Part shown: in pieces, positions 12,401 to 26,670 of the stretch | How positions within the stretch are numbered: the stretch's first letter is position 1 | Layout of the letters: every line of letters starts with the position of its first letter | Assembly (NCBI RefSeq): GCF_006345805.1 | Contig: NC_043007.1 | Coordinates: forward strand, 3,658,001 to 3,722,000 | Source of the DNA: Octopus sinensis | Taxonomy: Eukaryota | Reading direction: 5' to 3' | Length of the DNA: 64,000 bases | Translations under genes and position numbers: made by a program | Notes under the pieces: generated by a model | What the model was told of the DNA's origin: nothing | What the model saw: only the letters and a program-made list of their open reading frames with translations | Database searches by the model: none

Positions 12401-13843
12401 GTAAATGTTTTCAGTTCAAATCCAAATACTCCACCCAGTTTGTATTTTACCAAACTTAGAAATCCGTGAGCCATTTAACTTTAATTTTTAAAGCATCTAC
12501 TAATTAAGCACAAATAATTCCAATTACATTTATTCAACTGAATTTTCAAATGACTAAAGTTAAAACATCAGGTAGTTGGAAAGAATATACTAAGTTAACT
12601 GTAAATATATCTAAATTCAAATTCCTTTTATAAAGTTTTAAAAGTCCTTCCCAGAGATTGTCTCAGAATGACTTGAGTGAAAGTTCTTCACACGGACTTG
12701 AAAACAAAACAAAAAATTAATCAAAATCCAATTTTTTAATGTGAGTTTCAAAAGAAACATTTAAAATTCATTAACAATCATAGAATAAACCAAGACAAAA
12801 TAGGAAAGCCATCTGTTACTATAGAATACTGATTAGTGAAATTGGAATTCATATAACCAGTTAATAGATTAATAGATAATATTGAGAAATAGTCTACCTG
12901 ATTTCTTGCAGAACAGCCAAGGAATACCTGAGATATGAGTGATGGTATACATTAGCATGCTTGACTGGCTATTGAAATGTCCAGAATACTAATTCATAGC
13001 TGTAACAAGTATACGACTAAACCAAGCTTTATAAACTATTGAACTTCCCCAAAGATACTTGCAGTTGAAATATCTCATTCTCAACTCCTGGGAAATATTT
13101 CATCAACATGCCTTCAAGAATTAGTGTCTGACCACACTTTAAACCTTACTGATATACAAACTGATAAACCTACAAGGCTACATTAAGGAAAGCATTAAAA
13201 TACTGACAATGAATGACATCAAAATTTCAACTAATTGTTTACAATTTAAAATTTCATGGAAATAATTTTGAAAAAATACAGTGATTATAAACATCAAATT
13301 TCAAATCAGTTATATTCAGTTCACATATATCCTTGTAGCACTGGATTTGAATAGATTAAAATACTGCAAACAAATTTCATGGAATTGTGCTCAAGTGAAA
13401 TAAAACGAAACAAAACCATGCTAAACAAATTATATAATCATGCAACATTTTTAGTACTAAGATGATTGGATGACTAACCAATCGTGCAAATATGGAAAAA
13501 AAAAATTTCACAAGACTGATCAAGAACAAAAAATAGTGACCAAGAAAACTCAAATTGATTTTAAATAAACCAATAATGAAATATGGTAAAACAGAAAAAA
13601 AAAAAAAAATTGTCTAAATACAAATTAGCTTAGAAAATTATAGGAAAAAAAGAAAAAAGACCTCCACTACTAACACTTGACAGAGCTATGGCTCTTCCTA
13701 ACAATACACATGGCTAGATAATGAGAATCGTTAGTCTCAGAAACTCCTGAAGATTTTGCCATTTAGGAAACAAACCAAATCCAATTTCTAACACTTGGAT
13801 ATTACCATTCAGGGTGATACGTTTGAAGGAAATAGCTCTAAAT

Positions 13844-14089
13844 CAGTGGCGGTTCTTAACCGTTTTTTACCTATGGATCCCCATTTTGCTTGGTTGGTAT
13901 CTTTTAACCATTCGACATTTTCAAAAATCCCATTTTATTTTCATAATTAAATATTAGGAACAATATAAACAAACTGTTACAACATTTTGAGTACTGTAGA
14001 AATATAACCAGTTTATTGCATCTAAATTTTAGCAACAAAATCTTATAATGGATCCCCAGGAGTCATACAACCCTAGTTGAGAACCACTG
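13844..14089. mobile_element. hAT/Charlie-like MITE
   Basis: Termini CAGTGGCGGTTCTTAAC and GTTGAGAACCACTG form imperfect inverted repeats around an AT-rich core. Confidence 0.55.
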
Positions 14090-17000
14090 CTGAATCAGGT
14101 GAATAAGGAAAGTCACCAGTTGGGTGGAATTATAACCATTGTTAAATGGTATTTTGGAAAAAATTTACCCACAAAATTGACAAATCTATGCAGCAGTATA
14201 AATTCAAAGACATCCATAGTTGGATAAAAGCATAACATTTGAACCTAAATGGATTGGCAGCAGACAAGAAATATGCCAAGATCAACACTGGTTGGAACAT
14301 GAAAGAGTTTAGGAACTTCCTTATTTATGAAGTGTTGCTTTAATTGAAAACAGCATCAGGAAAAAGTGGATAATTTGAATTCATTCACTTCAAGATTGAA
14401 ATACTGAGTAATCTAAACTTCTGATTTTTAAAGTTAATTGTACCGGTGAGGTTATGAATACACATTTAAAACACACCTGTTGGAAATATAATTCACCAAA
14501 GCAATCTTGTAAAGCAAATAATTTGAGAATAAAAATAAAATCGAGCAAATCCACTTGAAAACTTTTTGGCGAATGCAGGATACCAGTAATTTTTTGTCTA
14601 CTGAGCCAAAGAATCGACTTAAATATCTGTGAAAGCAAAATGCTTTCAACCATGAAAACCAATTGTAAATTGGTTCCGCTCAACATGAAATATTAATATC
14701 AATGTTTCTAAAACTTGCCCTCTCCAATGGATTTATTCTTTTGGAGGATATGTAAATAGACTGGGCTAAACCTAAATCCTTTGTTTCTGCAACACTGGGT
14801 CAATGGGAAATACATAACGCTTCCATTTTCTGGCATAAAACGAAGATACAGCATTCAACAAACCTGGAACAACTCAAAAAGGAATTATCCTGATACTATT
14901 TTATTATGAAACAAAACAAGGAACTACAGGGAGAAAGTAGGTTTCAAATTTTAAATTACACTTTACCAATTTGTGTGGAGTGAAGTACTTTTGGTTCTAA
15001 ACCATGTCAGCTGACAACTGTAATCCCCATTATAGGCAAGAACAAAAATTTGAAATATCCAAGAAATTTATTCATTGAGCTGCAAAAGAGACTCCAATAC
15101 TACTCATTGCACACTGCTACCATAAAACTTATGCAAGCTACATTTGATTCTTAATGGGGGTTTAGGGATATCAAAATTCTAGATTTTAAAATTCTATACG
15201 GTCAAGTTGAAGTGCAAATTTCAAGAAAATAATCTTTTATAACGTTGACATTCAGTTTATCAGACTTGAAAGGAAGAAAAAAAAAGTCAACTCGAGCATG
15301 AAGGGACATAACTTCTGTCGAAATCATTGTCGGGGGGGGGGGGGGTCCTGTAAATCTTGAAATAATTTACAATAGGCTTCTGTACTTTCTTCTATCATGC
15401 AAATTTCACTTACAAAGCTTTCATTGATTGAACTATGGCTATATAAGAAGCAAACTACATTTCAAGTGTATATGTTGCTGATTACATAAACCAGAGTCTT
15501 GAATTCATTGCATATTGCATTCACATTTCGGTTTCTACATCGGTTTCTACAGTAGAAACACTAAAATTTTGTAAAATCATAACCATTTGCTCACACACAA
15601 TTTATATAAAGCATTTTAAAATAATTTAATTGTAAAGTTATGTTTTTATCTTACAGATGAGATACAAATAAATCTTAGGACTAAAAGTTCATGCCACAGT
15701 TGATCAAGTTTTAAGAAATATTAATAGATAATCTAAATCAATAACTATATTTAAAACTGCAATTTAGAAACTGCCCTTGGAAAAGAAAGATGCCTTTCCT
15801 CCCAAAAATAATTATATATCCCTTTTATATTTCAAAATCAAAAGTAGAGACAGTTCTACTTGATTTAACTGCTTTCAACCCTCAAGGCATTCTTGAGACT
15901 AAACATAAAAAATGGTAGACAACCATTGGCACAGAGACTTTACTCTGATTTTATCTCATCAGAAGCAGCAGCATCTCTAAATTAGCTGCCACCCTCACCA
16001 TTCCTCACGCCAAAAGCCTACATTAGACATTGTGCCCCAATCATTCCTTCCCAGAATTGCAACCCTCTAGAATCGTCTCCCTATTCATTTTCCTTACAAT
16101 TATCAAACCAACTGAAATCCAACCTGAACATCAACTGCACACGAGTCATGTCATCACTCACAACACCTGACCACCTGAGATACCATATCAAGAGTGTTCC
16201 CTAACAAAATGTCATTAGTAGCTAAACAGTTAGTTTCATTGAACTAAAACAACAAGTGTTCCAAACACCAACTCAATATACCAATAAATGCATTGGAAAT
16301 TGTTAGAATTATAACAAAATGGTTTAAATTGACAGAAAAGCAGGTCAAGCAAATTGAAGGAAGCAGTAAACCTGATAATTCACAGTACCTGAGATACTGA
16401 TTAAAAAAAATTATAAATTAATAAAATAAAAAGCAGTTGGCAGGGAAGACATCATCCTTAGAATTGAACTAAAAAGCTTTTCAAAAGTCATTAGAAAGCA
16501 TTGAAGCAACTATTTTGTAACAATTATGCTCACCTGGAGTCCAACTACAACCTGTACGATACTATGGTTTCATTGAAATAGGAGAAATTGTCATGTAGAA
16601 TCAATCTATGTCTTCCTAGATTTGCAACACCCAACTTTCAGGCTATTTCAAACTCGTACCTAATTGCACTGTAGGATGATTCCCTCCACTAGGAGGAGCA
16701 TGTAGTATCTGGAACAATACATCTGTGGATTGCACCTGGATGTACAAAAGACTAGCACCACAGAGGACTATGATGTGATCAGGAATGTAGACAGATTCCA
16801 AGTTTTATGATCTTTGACTGTTGCTACCAGCTGGCAAAGAAAACTGGTAATTTTGATTTCCAAGGAAGAGGAATACAATATTTGATTTTCATTTTAGTTT
16901 TGCAAATAATTTTACAATTTCATCTGTAATCTTAAATTAGAATAAGATTCTTAATTATTCATAATTGAATACTTTGTTGACAGAATTCTAACTGAATTCC

Positions 17001-18279
17001 AAGGATTCATTAAAAGTAAAAAAGGCATTAGGAACTTCAATACATTTTCCTTTGATACTTCAAAGTTTAATGGTAAAGAATATGGATATTGTAACAATTT
17101 CCTCTTTGGCCGGATATTTCAAGAACTTTAACTGAAGTAGAAGACTAGATCCCAGGTTTCTCAATAATTCACAACTCGGAATAAGCAAGGCAACATCACA
17201 GTGCTTTAAATACAGGAAACAGCATGCATCTCCCTTGTCAGGTATTTTGATAGAATACTAAAAAAACCTAAAATTCACTCTAAGTACAATTAAAATATCT
17301 AATAAAATATCACATGCAGTTAAATTTACAATTGTTGCTTACCTGGGCACGACTGTAGCTTCAGTTGGGAATGCTGACAGGTCACCTTAACTATTTCATC
17401 CCTAGGTGGATCGTGTTTGAAAATTCGATGTTGCAAAGAAGACTTTGCTCAAATATTTATAAAAGTGAAACAGAACGAAATATAAAATACCAAAAGTGTA
17501 ACCGATTTCAACTAAATTCTTCAGTACGATAAAACCTGCCTAGGCACACCATTTTTTTTTGCTTTTTACCCTCAGTATGTTTTTTTTTCTTTTATGAACA
17601 AAAGATGCAAAACAAAACCCATTTCATAATTCATTGAAAAAAAACAAAAAACACTTTTTCCCCCCCACCTTACACAATGAACCAAAAAGGAAAAAAGGCA
17701 AAGTGGATTCACTTTTGCAATATGTGGAAGGGGAAAAAAAAATGAACGCATAAAAGATTCATTTTGACATAAAACACCCTGAAATGACAATTGCACACAT
17801 ACTGAATGTCTAAGATCTCATCCTGCATTTAGGATGTGTACAATGTCAACCACAGAACAGATAGGTTTCAAACAATGGGAAAAAATAAAAAAACTATTCC
17901 AATATATAAACATACTATCCTTTGGAAAATAAGGTGACTCCATTGGAAAAGTATATCTCAAAGAAGGACTAGAATATGTTCTTATATACATCCCTAAAAT
18001 TTCAACATAAATTGAAATATCAATACAAGCAAGTTCGTCCTTCCGTAAAAACATGACCAATTGATATTCTGACTGGAAAGTGTACGAACGGCTGAGGAAC
18101 ATGAACAAATATTGGAAACAGAAGCGACAAAAAGAAAAAAAAAAAAACAAAAAACATTGTCTGCAAACCAAATTGTCAAAATTCAAAAGAAATATGGCTG
18201 TCTCCAATATCAAAATGATATATTTCTGAGGGATAAAAAAAATTGATTTGCATGCACACCATTGCTGGTGGCACTGTTA

Positions 18280-18507
<228 letters not shown>

Positions 18508-20279
18508 TTAAAAACTAGAAATTTAAGAATGGTAATGTGTCAGTAAATTGGGATGGTGGTGGTAATTGGGGAGGAGGGGGTTATAATATTTAAAAAAACA
18601 TTAAAGACAAAGCCAGTAGATATGTGATGTGCAGAGTGACAGAATGGTAAATGGAAGTGCCAAGTGATCCAAGTGGGAAGAATGTGCAGAAGAGGAATAA
18701 CAAGGAAGACAAAGGAAATGGTGAAAGCAGATCTGAGGCTGAGCCTTTACACAGGAGCTGATAAAGAGCCACAGAAATGGTAAGATGAAGACCCATCCAA
18801 CCCACCATAAAACGAACGGGAACTGATGAAATGGTAGCCTTTAGTATAAAACAATGAAGTCATTTTTTAGAATTCAATATCACTGAAGATTAGACCCCGT
18901 TTAAATCTGGAATCATCGGCCTCAACCTAGATTTACCACGAAAAGAAAAGTGAATTTGGGGGCAAACGGATATTGAACCAGCATCGTTTATAGTAAAGGG
19001 TTTCTTTTCCTTGTTCTCTATAGTATCGGGTTTGTTTTTTGTTAAATCTAACTAAAACTGATTCTTCTTCAGTAACAGACTTAACAGTTTTTAAATCATC
19101 AGAAAGTCTGACATCTTACAGAAAGGTCAACCTGAAACGAGTGACCTCAACGATGAATCATGAGCTGACAGTCATAGAGAGCAAGAACTGAATGCATTAG
19201 GAATTGCCGATATCACAAGTTTCAAATGTCAAATTCTAACAAATCTGAAATAAAAGCAAATCCTAATTTTTCATAATTTTTATTTTTTGTAGGTTATTTT
19301 ATGGTTATAAATAGGAACAAATTCTGTGGAGGGAACGAAAATAAAACGAAAGCAAACAATGGATTGTTTGCCATTATACGAAATATATTACAAAGGAACT
19401 CAATGTTAAATAACTGAGGGATTATAACAGGGAATTAAACCTTATTACAGCCTAAACACAGGTGAGAAGGTTCAAAGAGTTTATGAAGGATTGCTGATAC
19501 AAGATTGCATTCTCAAAAATGCACAACACAATTATGTAATTCGTTAATTTCGCTTTTAATAAAGCATCTTGAATAAGTATTTAAGAGTTTGATTAGGACA
19601 GTGGTGCGAGTGTGCAGGCAACGAAAATCCTGTACTCAAGGGACAGGAATGATTTCACAAATTTGTGTCAATTCGTGTGAAAAAATTCTCCTGACAAAAC
19701 AATAGTTTTGAATGACAAACGGGGGGGAAATAATGATTTGATCAACAAGTACAATCAACAAAGATGACCACCGTACATACATTATTAATCGTGTGTGTCT
19801 CGTAGAAGGAAATCATTCAAGCAATGAATATGCAGCAAAGAGGATAATTTATTAACCGTCAATATATATTATTATTACACTGTGGAAAGAACTCTACTAA
19901 TCAAGGGAGTTGCCATGATATTCAAAGCAATATGGATGGTGCCAAGCTCTCTCTTTAAAAAGACAGAGACTACACAGCACCACATAAGCTTCTTTCATGG
20001 GGGAAAATGGACATTTTATACACACATTCTATCATATCATCATACAGCTGTCAGTACAGATGGCGACGATGGAAAAACGGATGGCAAAACCAGTAATGGG
20101 AAAGAGAGTGCTCGTCCATTGCTGAAGCAATGAGGAAGATACTAGGCTCCATCAGCTACAATTGGATGCTGTACATCCAGATCTTCCTGAAATTACTGTA
20201 GTCTTTAAGAAATTAAAAAAATAAAAAGGAGGAAATGACACATTCGATTATATATATATCTAGAGTCTCTGCTACTAAG

Positions 20280-20985
20280 AAGGGACAGTCATGGCTAGAA
20301 TGTCATAGATCATAAGTCTGCTTAATCAGATGACCCATGGCTAAAACAACTCCATTATAATTAAAGCTGACAGTAAAAGAATTTCCTCCTGAAAAAAAGA
20401 CAAAAAAAAAAACGGGCAAATTTTTTTACGTTGAATGCGCGCACACGAATGTAATTAATGGTTTTAATTAAAAACAGTGGAAAAGTAAAAGGATTTTTTT
20501 TCTAAGGAGAGAAAGAGAGAAGAAGCTGGGGGGGAAAGAGTAAGCAACAGCCATAAAAGCTAGGTTATACGAGCAAGAAGCGACCAGTTTGGGTGGGGCA
20601 CTTTGTTAAACAGCGACGACCAACCGAGGAACCAGTTTGTAGGGCAATTTGTATTAACCAACAGTTTGGTCGGCCATTCACTCATTAGTCACACTTATTA
20701 GTAGAAGAGTAATAATATCTTAACTACATTATTAATGAAAAAAAAAACCTTAATTACAACCACATGCCAAACGAATGGTGGGGGTGGGGTGGAGGAGAAG
20801 AGGAAGACTCGACGTGTGGGCTGACCTGCTGGAAATAGCAGTCAAACCTTCTCGCAAATCCAAAGCTAACAACAACTAAAAAGAAGTCAGGCAGTTATAG
20901 ACTAAATACACAGAAAGAGGGATGCTCATGGTTGGAATGTCTTTCGTAAGGAAACACTCCATTGGGGCTCACCTGGAGACAACCA
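20280..20985 (+). mobile_element. Fragments of an old, highly degenerate interspersed repeat family
   Basis: Motifs GACCTGCTAGAAATAGCAGCCAAA and GGTCATGGCTGGAATG recur in diverged form near 23005, 28220, 31600, 37800, 46930, 47140, 49190, 56630, 60120, 61980 and 62800. Confidence 0.55.
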
Positions 20986-21687
20986 GATATCAAAAATACC
21001 CTCAATACTATTAAAATATAGGCAAATCGCCAAAATATATATTTATATATTATATACAGACACTTTTCTTTTTAGGATCGATGTAATTAATGTATACAAA
21101 GAGAAGATTTCCCGTCATTTTAGAGACTATTTAACGGAAATTAGAATTAAGAATTGACATTTTTCTTCTTTCTTTTTTAATGTCAGCCAAGATAATCGTA
21201 GATTTTTTTTTCCTTCCTTCTCGATCGTGGGTCAGTGATGAAAGAAAGAAAGGAAAGAACGGCCACACTAACTTTTTTTCCACTTCAAAGTTAGAAAAAG
21301 AGAAGCAAAAGAGAATTCAGTGACACATCCATGATAAGAGAGGGGGGGGGGCAACAGGGCGGTAGGATTTTTTTTCTTTCCCCCCCCCCCAAACTTATTC
21401 TTAAAATGATATAATTTTCGGTTATGGATTTTCATTTTACGAAATGATTTCTGAAATATTAAGATTAAGAGAAAATGGTGGCAAATAGAAATGCGAAAGG
21501 GAAAATATTTATTATATATTAGGAAAACGGGATTGAGGACGGTTCATTGAGAACGTTCGAATTACAGCGCCTAAGCGATTCGATACAGCTTCGTGGGGTA
21601 CCGTGTGTTGTGATTTATACAGGTAGAAGATAGGTTTAGACGGTTATCTTTTATTATAGAATGCAGCAAAGCCGTTATGTAAGTTAC

Positions 21688-21790
21688 ATCTGTTGGAAGT
21701 GGAGGAAGAGAAGAAATTGGGCTGAAAGCAAAATGGCGATCGCGATGACAAGCAACAGCAGAGCCCCCCCTTCACTCTTCACTCTGTCTC
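21688..21790 (-). promoter_or_regulatory. Candidate TATA-less promoter / non-coding first exon (P1)
   Basis: YY1-type AAAATGGCG at 21730-21738 adjoins the palindrome ATCGCGAT. Pyrimidine-rich leader and possible donor AGAT|GTAACT at 21687; CpG-rich surroundings. The tract could instead be read as an acceptor. Confidence 0.4.
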
Positions 21791-21937
21791 TCTCACTCAC
21801 TCACACAAGATCTACATTAGATATTAGAACTCGCAAACAATTTCACACAAACACACCTACATACAAATATAAGGATATAGATATACATCTACGATGCACG
21901 ATATCCGTCTCACTCACAAATTGTCTCACACCCACAA

Positions 21938-21980
<43 letters not shown>

Positions 21981-22349
21981 TATACACACACACACATACA
22001 GACATACACAGAGCTTTCTTTCCCAAACTACCTCACTAAAGCAGTCAGCTTCACGAAATTTTAAGGGGGAAAAGAAATAACCACAGCCTTAAAAACTTAT
22101 TTCCACCACCACCTACATCAATTTCACATCCTATCTCAACTCCATAACCTCATATCGAGATATAATTTAAACGCCATACTATTTTATTCAGATGGAAAAT
22201 GTGTGTGTAGCAAAGTTATATTATACGTAGGCGCACACATGACATACCTGTCCTATAAGTTTCCCATTTTCATTAGAAAGAAATTAACGATAAACTTACA
22301 AAGGAGAGTATATATATACATATATATACACACACACACATATATATAT

Positions 22350-22500
22350 AATAATAATAATAATATTAGGGAGTATAACTCCAAACTTATAGGGAAAAAT
22401 TCAATTTAGTATTAAATCAAATTTTACAGTATAAATATATAAAATATGCATTAGAGATAAAATTGAGTTGCATAACAGTGGTTTTATCTCCAATTCATAT
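22350..22500 (+). repeat. Interspersed repeat with internal inversion (second copy at 46011-46137)
   Basis: Shares ATTAGGGAGTATAACTCCAAACTTA...GAGATAAAA with 46020-46117; the following segment is reverse-complemented here. Confidence 0.75.
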
Positions 22501-24232
22501 TTCATATACATACATATACATATATATACATATATATATATACCACGTATATAAAGCTTAACAGAGAAAGCTAAGATGGAGGAGAAAATGACAGCCAGGA
22601 AGGACGGAATGGAGCAAAGGTTAAAAAGGCAGAAATCTCTACTGGCAGCAGGATTTCTTGAAGCACAAAAATGAAATGAAAGAACGATGTATAACATATG
22701 TGGCTTCGTTTAAAACCTGGCTTAAGAATTGAAAATTTGGAAGTGAAAAAAAAAAAGGGGGAAAAAAAAGGTCGGAGTAAATTAATAAAGGATGTTTAAA
22801 AAAAAAACATCTGAAAAATGGTTAATAAAAGAGAGAAAGCTCACGAGAGTTTAATGAGAAGCGTAAAATGATGTATGGTACTTTATTTAATGACAAATTG
22901 GAGAGAATATCAGAGAAGGAACGAGGAAATATAGATGTGAATTAGGATATTTTTTTTCATGATGAAATAGCAAAGCTTAATGGAGAGGGAGAGGCTCTGT
23001 GCCACGACCTGCTAGAAATAGCAACCCTATACCCATCAAACTACATTCTCGTCTTTAAAATGAGACATTAGGTAATATTGTATTACATAAACTGTCTAAA
23101 TGTCTCCGCCCAAGCATTTCAGAAAATAAAAGTGGTTAAGAGTCCAAATTACACTGAAGAGATACGAAGTAAAAACGGGATGGTCACATTGGATTTCCTT
23201 TAGTCATAGGTTTTAACCGATTCGGAGCAAAACAATGAATCGTTTTTTTTTTTTTTCTTATTTTCCTAATTAAAAATCTAATTTAAAGCTAAACAAACGG
23301 ATGGAGGTGAATATATTGGATATAAATCAGGGCTAAATTAATTAGATAAGAACCCGAGTCGCCTCTAAAAACCGAACCGGATTTAAATAAGTTTCTTAAA
23401 AGTTTTTAAAAGCTCATCGCTTCTGATTAATCGTTTCCTTCTCGAGGATTTCACAGAAATTTATGGAAAAAATTCCCCCAAAACCAGAGAAAAAATAAGA
23501 ATGATTGCAGTTGGGAAATCCATTTTTACTTCAATTTCTTTTGTGACCTGATTTTAGAAAAAAAGAGAAAATATTTTTTTTTTTAAAGAAACGGAAACGA
23601 AATCTTCTCCACCTTAAAACTTCTTCGTTGAATATTAATTACAACAAGAAGACAGAAATTTGTATTATTCGTGCAAACAATGAATGATATAAATATATAT
23701 AATCGAGTGGGAGGTGGACTAGGATGGAATTAAATACAAAAATATAATAATAATCCTTTGGTATATATGGTTCCAAAGAAGAGACATCATAATATTTTTT
23801 TCCTTTTAAATTACACAAAATGCGGCTTAATTAAAGCACCGACGACATTTGGGCTTTGAAAAGAATCAAAAAAGCAGATTAGAGAAATTAAGAATAAAAT
23901 ACCACAAATTAATGAGTTAAAACCATAATATAAATTGTGTATATACCCACATATATATATATATATATATAAATGTATGTGTGTATACAGACACATATAT
24001 ATATACATAGACATACAGTGTATATATAGATATAAAGTGTATTATACTGTGGTATATATAGAGTGGTAATACCATCAAAGAAACAATAATGTGGCCAAAA
24101 AGATTGGGGAGAAGGATGGGATGTGATAATTAGAAAGAAAGTACGGAATTATTAGTGAAAAATCGATCGGAATTAAGGTAATTTTACTTACTTAAGTAAA
24201 GTAGGTTTAAGTTTTATGTCAGTCGAACTCAC

Positions 24233-24770
24233 CTCGAACAACAACAACAACAACAGCCGTACTATTGCTGCTGCTGATGGCTTATAGTATCAGGGAGTGG
24301 TGGGGGGAAGTAGTAAAGAGAACGAGTGGATAGAAGGATGATGGTGGTGGCGGCGGCGGATGTGTGGCGGTGGTGGTAACAGTATTTTGACTGGTAAAGA
24401 TGGGTGTGATGGTAGTAGTGGTAGTAGAAGATTGCACGGTGGATGTAGTAGTGGTGGTGGGAGTAGAAAGTTAAAAACGACAGAGAGGGGGAAAGAAGCG
24501 GTGTATTGTAGTAGTAACCGCGTTATGACTTGAAAGCGGGAGTGATAGTGTAATAGTAGGGTGGTGGTAGTAGTAGATATAGAAAGGGTGGGTGGAGGAA
24601 GTACTAAAGAGAATGACCAGAGAGAGAGAGTGAGGGGGGAGGTTATTGTAGTATGACTGGTAATAAGGTGGAAGTGAGGGGAATAGTGGTAGGAAGTATT
24701 CTCGTGGTGGTAGTAATGTTGTCACACTTGCGATTTGCAAATGGCGGCTACACTCAGACAATGCAAATTC
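24233..24770 (-). promoter_or_regulatory. Candidate main non-coding first exon and TATA-less promoter of Rho (P2)
   Basis: Consensus donor GAG|GTGAGT at 24232 and YY1 motif CAAATGGCGGC at 24738-24748. About 540 nt of C-rich leader with no ATG on the minus strand; CpG-rich region. Confidence 0.6.
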
Positions 24771-26029
24771 GAGGGTGTAGCACTTAATACGGTTACACGA
24801 ATTAACGAGAGCAAGAAAGCAATGACGAAATAAAGTAATTAAGGATTAATCCGAGGAAGTGTTTGATTAAAATATAAATTTAATAAAATTTTATAAATGA
24901 AAAAAACTGTTACAATGTTATCTATAGGAAGAAGGACCACACCTCAATTTAGAATATAGAGAGTGAGAGTGAGGGTTGGAGTGAAACAGTAAGAGGAAAG
25001 AGAGAGGGGTTGGAGTGAAACAGTGAGAGGGAAGTAAAGTAGGGAGGAGAGTCAATTGATGGAACAGCAGTTACTGACGTAGTGGTGAAGGATGATGGGT
25101 AACCGCTACTACAATTGCCGTTTCTGTTGGTTCTTCAGAGTGAACCATCTCACGCCACTTCCAGCTCTTCTTCATGGCACTTGGCATACCGTTTTTCATT
25201 TATTTATTTAGTTAGTCACCCAGGAAAGAATATGCTCATTGTTTAACTTTAGCAAAGTATTGTGGTGGAAAATAGTCGAATAAAAATGATCTGTGAGCTC
25301 TCTCTCACACATCCGAAAATTTAAGAAGGAAATAGGACAAGAGGATTCTAACTCAAAATACTAAAATTACTACCAATCATGGTCATAAAATGGGAACTTT
25401 AAGGATGGGGGTAGACAACATTTAACAACTGGACAGGAGAAAGCCCCCAAAATCAAGGAATTCCAGCCGTGAACATACATCCTTAATGGGCTATCTAAGA
25501 AATAATATTTTATTTAAAACAGTACGGTATTTAAAAAAAAAATTTAGTTGCTATTTCCAGCAACTCCAGTGACCACGTAGGGCTCCATTATTCCTGAAGC
25601 AGATGACGTTGGCCTAATATCCCAAAGGACTTCCTTTATGCTTTAAAATTTAATGACGATTTCTGTTAATTCAGGATCATTTGTATAAGGATTCCCACAA
25701 AGAATAAATTAGCTTTTTGTAGCATATCAGGGAAAAACACAATGCTTAAAGGAAGGAAAATGTGAATTAAATATAGCTTAAATGATAATCACACTCATAG
25801 CCTAAAAGACTTGAGCTAGTTACTCTGGCATTAGGTTTGGTCAAAGAGAAAAATAACTTTGCTAACATGGAATGCATCTGTTACAGTTCCATCTATAACA
25901 TTGACCTGTGTCCAAAAAGGAACCATTCAGCTTTCAATAGCTCAAGTAACTTAGGCCATGGTACTCTGATGATAAATACTGTGTTGCAAAAATACAACTG
26001 AATTCATATATATATATATATTGCGGGGC

Positions 26030-26342
26030 GAGTGAAGTTCATCAACATCAAAATAAAAAAAGTCAAATGAAAATTGTAGCTGTGATACCAGTGCCAGTGG
26101 CACATTAAAAGCACCATCCGAACGTGGCCAATGCCAGCGCCACCTTGACTGACTTCCATGCTGGTGGCATGTAAAAAGCACCCACTACACTCACGGAGTG
26201 GTTGGCATTAGGAAGGGCATCCAGCTGTAGAAACACCGCCAGATCAGACTGGAGCTTGGTGCAGCCTCCTGGCTTCCCAGACCCCAGTCGAACTGTCCAA
26301 CCCATGCTAGCATGGAAAACGGACGTTAAACGATGATGATAT
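26030..26342 (+). mobile_element. RTE-type LINE 3' UTR fragment
   Basis: Matches 63530-63915 (CAACATCAAAATAAAAA...GGACGTTAAACGATGATGAT). Confidence 0.8.
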
Positions 26343-26670
26343 TGACTCAAAGAATGAGCAGTGTAGTGTTCATACATTGAGAATTATGTAAGAATGAGCA
26401 ATTCCAGTCAAAAGTGATTTAGACATGAATGAACACTTCCAACTGAATCTGAAGAGACAGGGAAACTAAACCACAATATCAAACATTCTATGTTGGCAAA
26501 TTACATTGAAAATATGAATCCCATACATTGTACATTATTTCAACTATAAAATAAGGATTCAACATTTATCAAAATCAAGGTGAAGAAAGTCAACATATCC
26601 CAAAAAGCTATCTCGTGAGTAATATGGTGGCTGAACTCTTGTTTAGGTCATGGATAGAGGTGAATATATA

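Noticed and set aside
14400-14770. Possible Tc1-like transposase remnant (PMDLFFW...)
   Set aside because: Only one short motif and no termini found; too weak to call.
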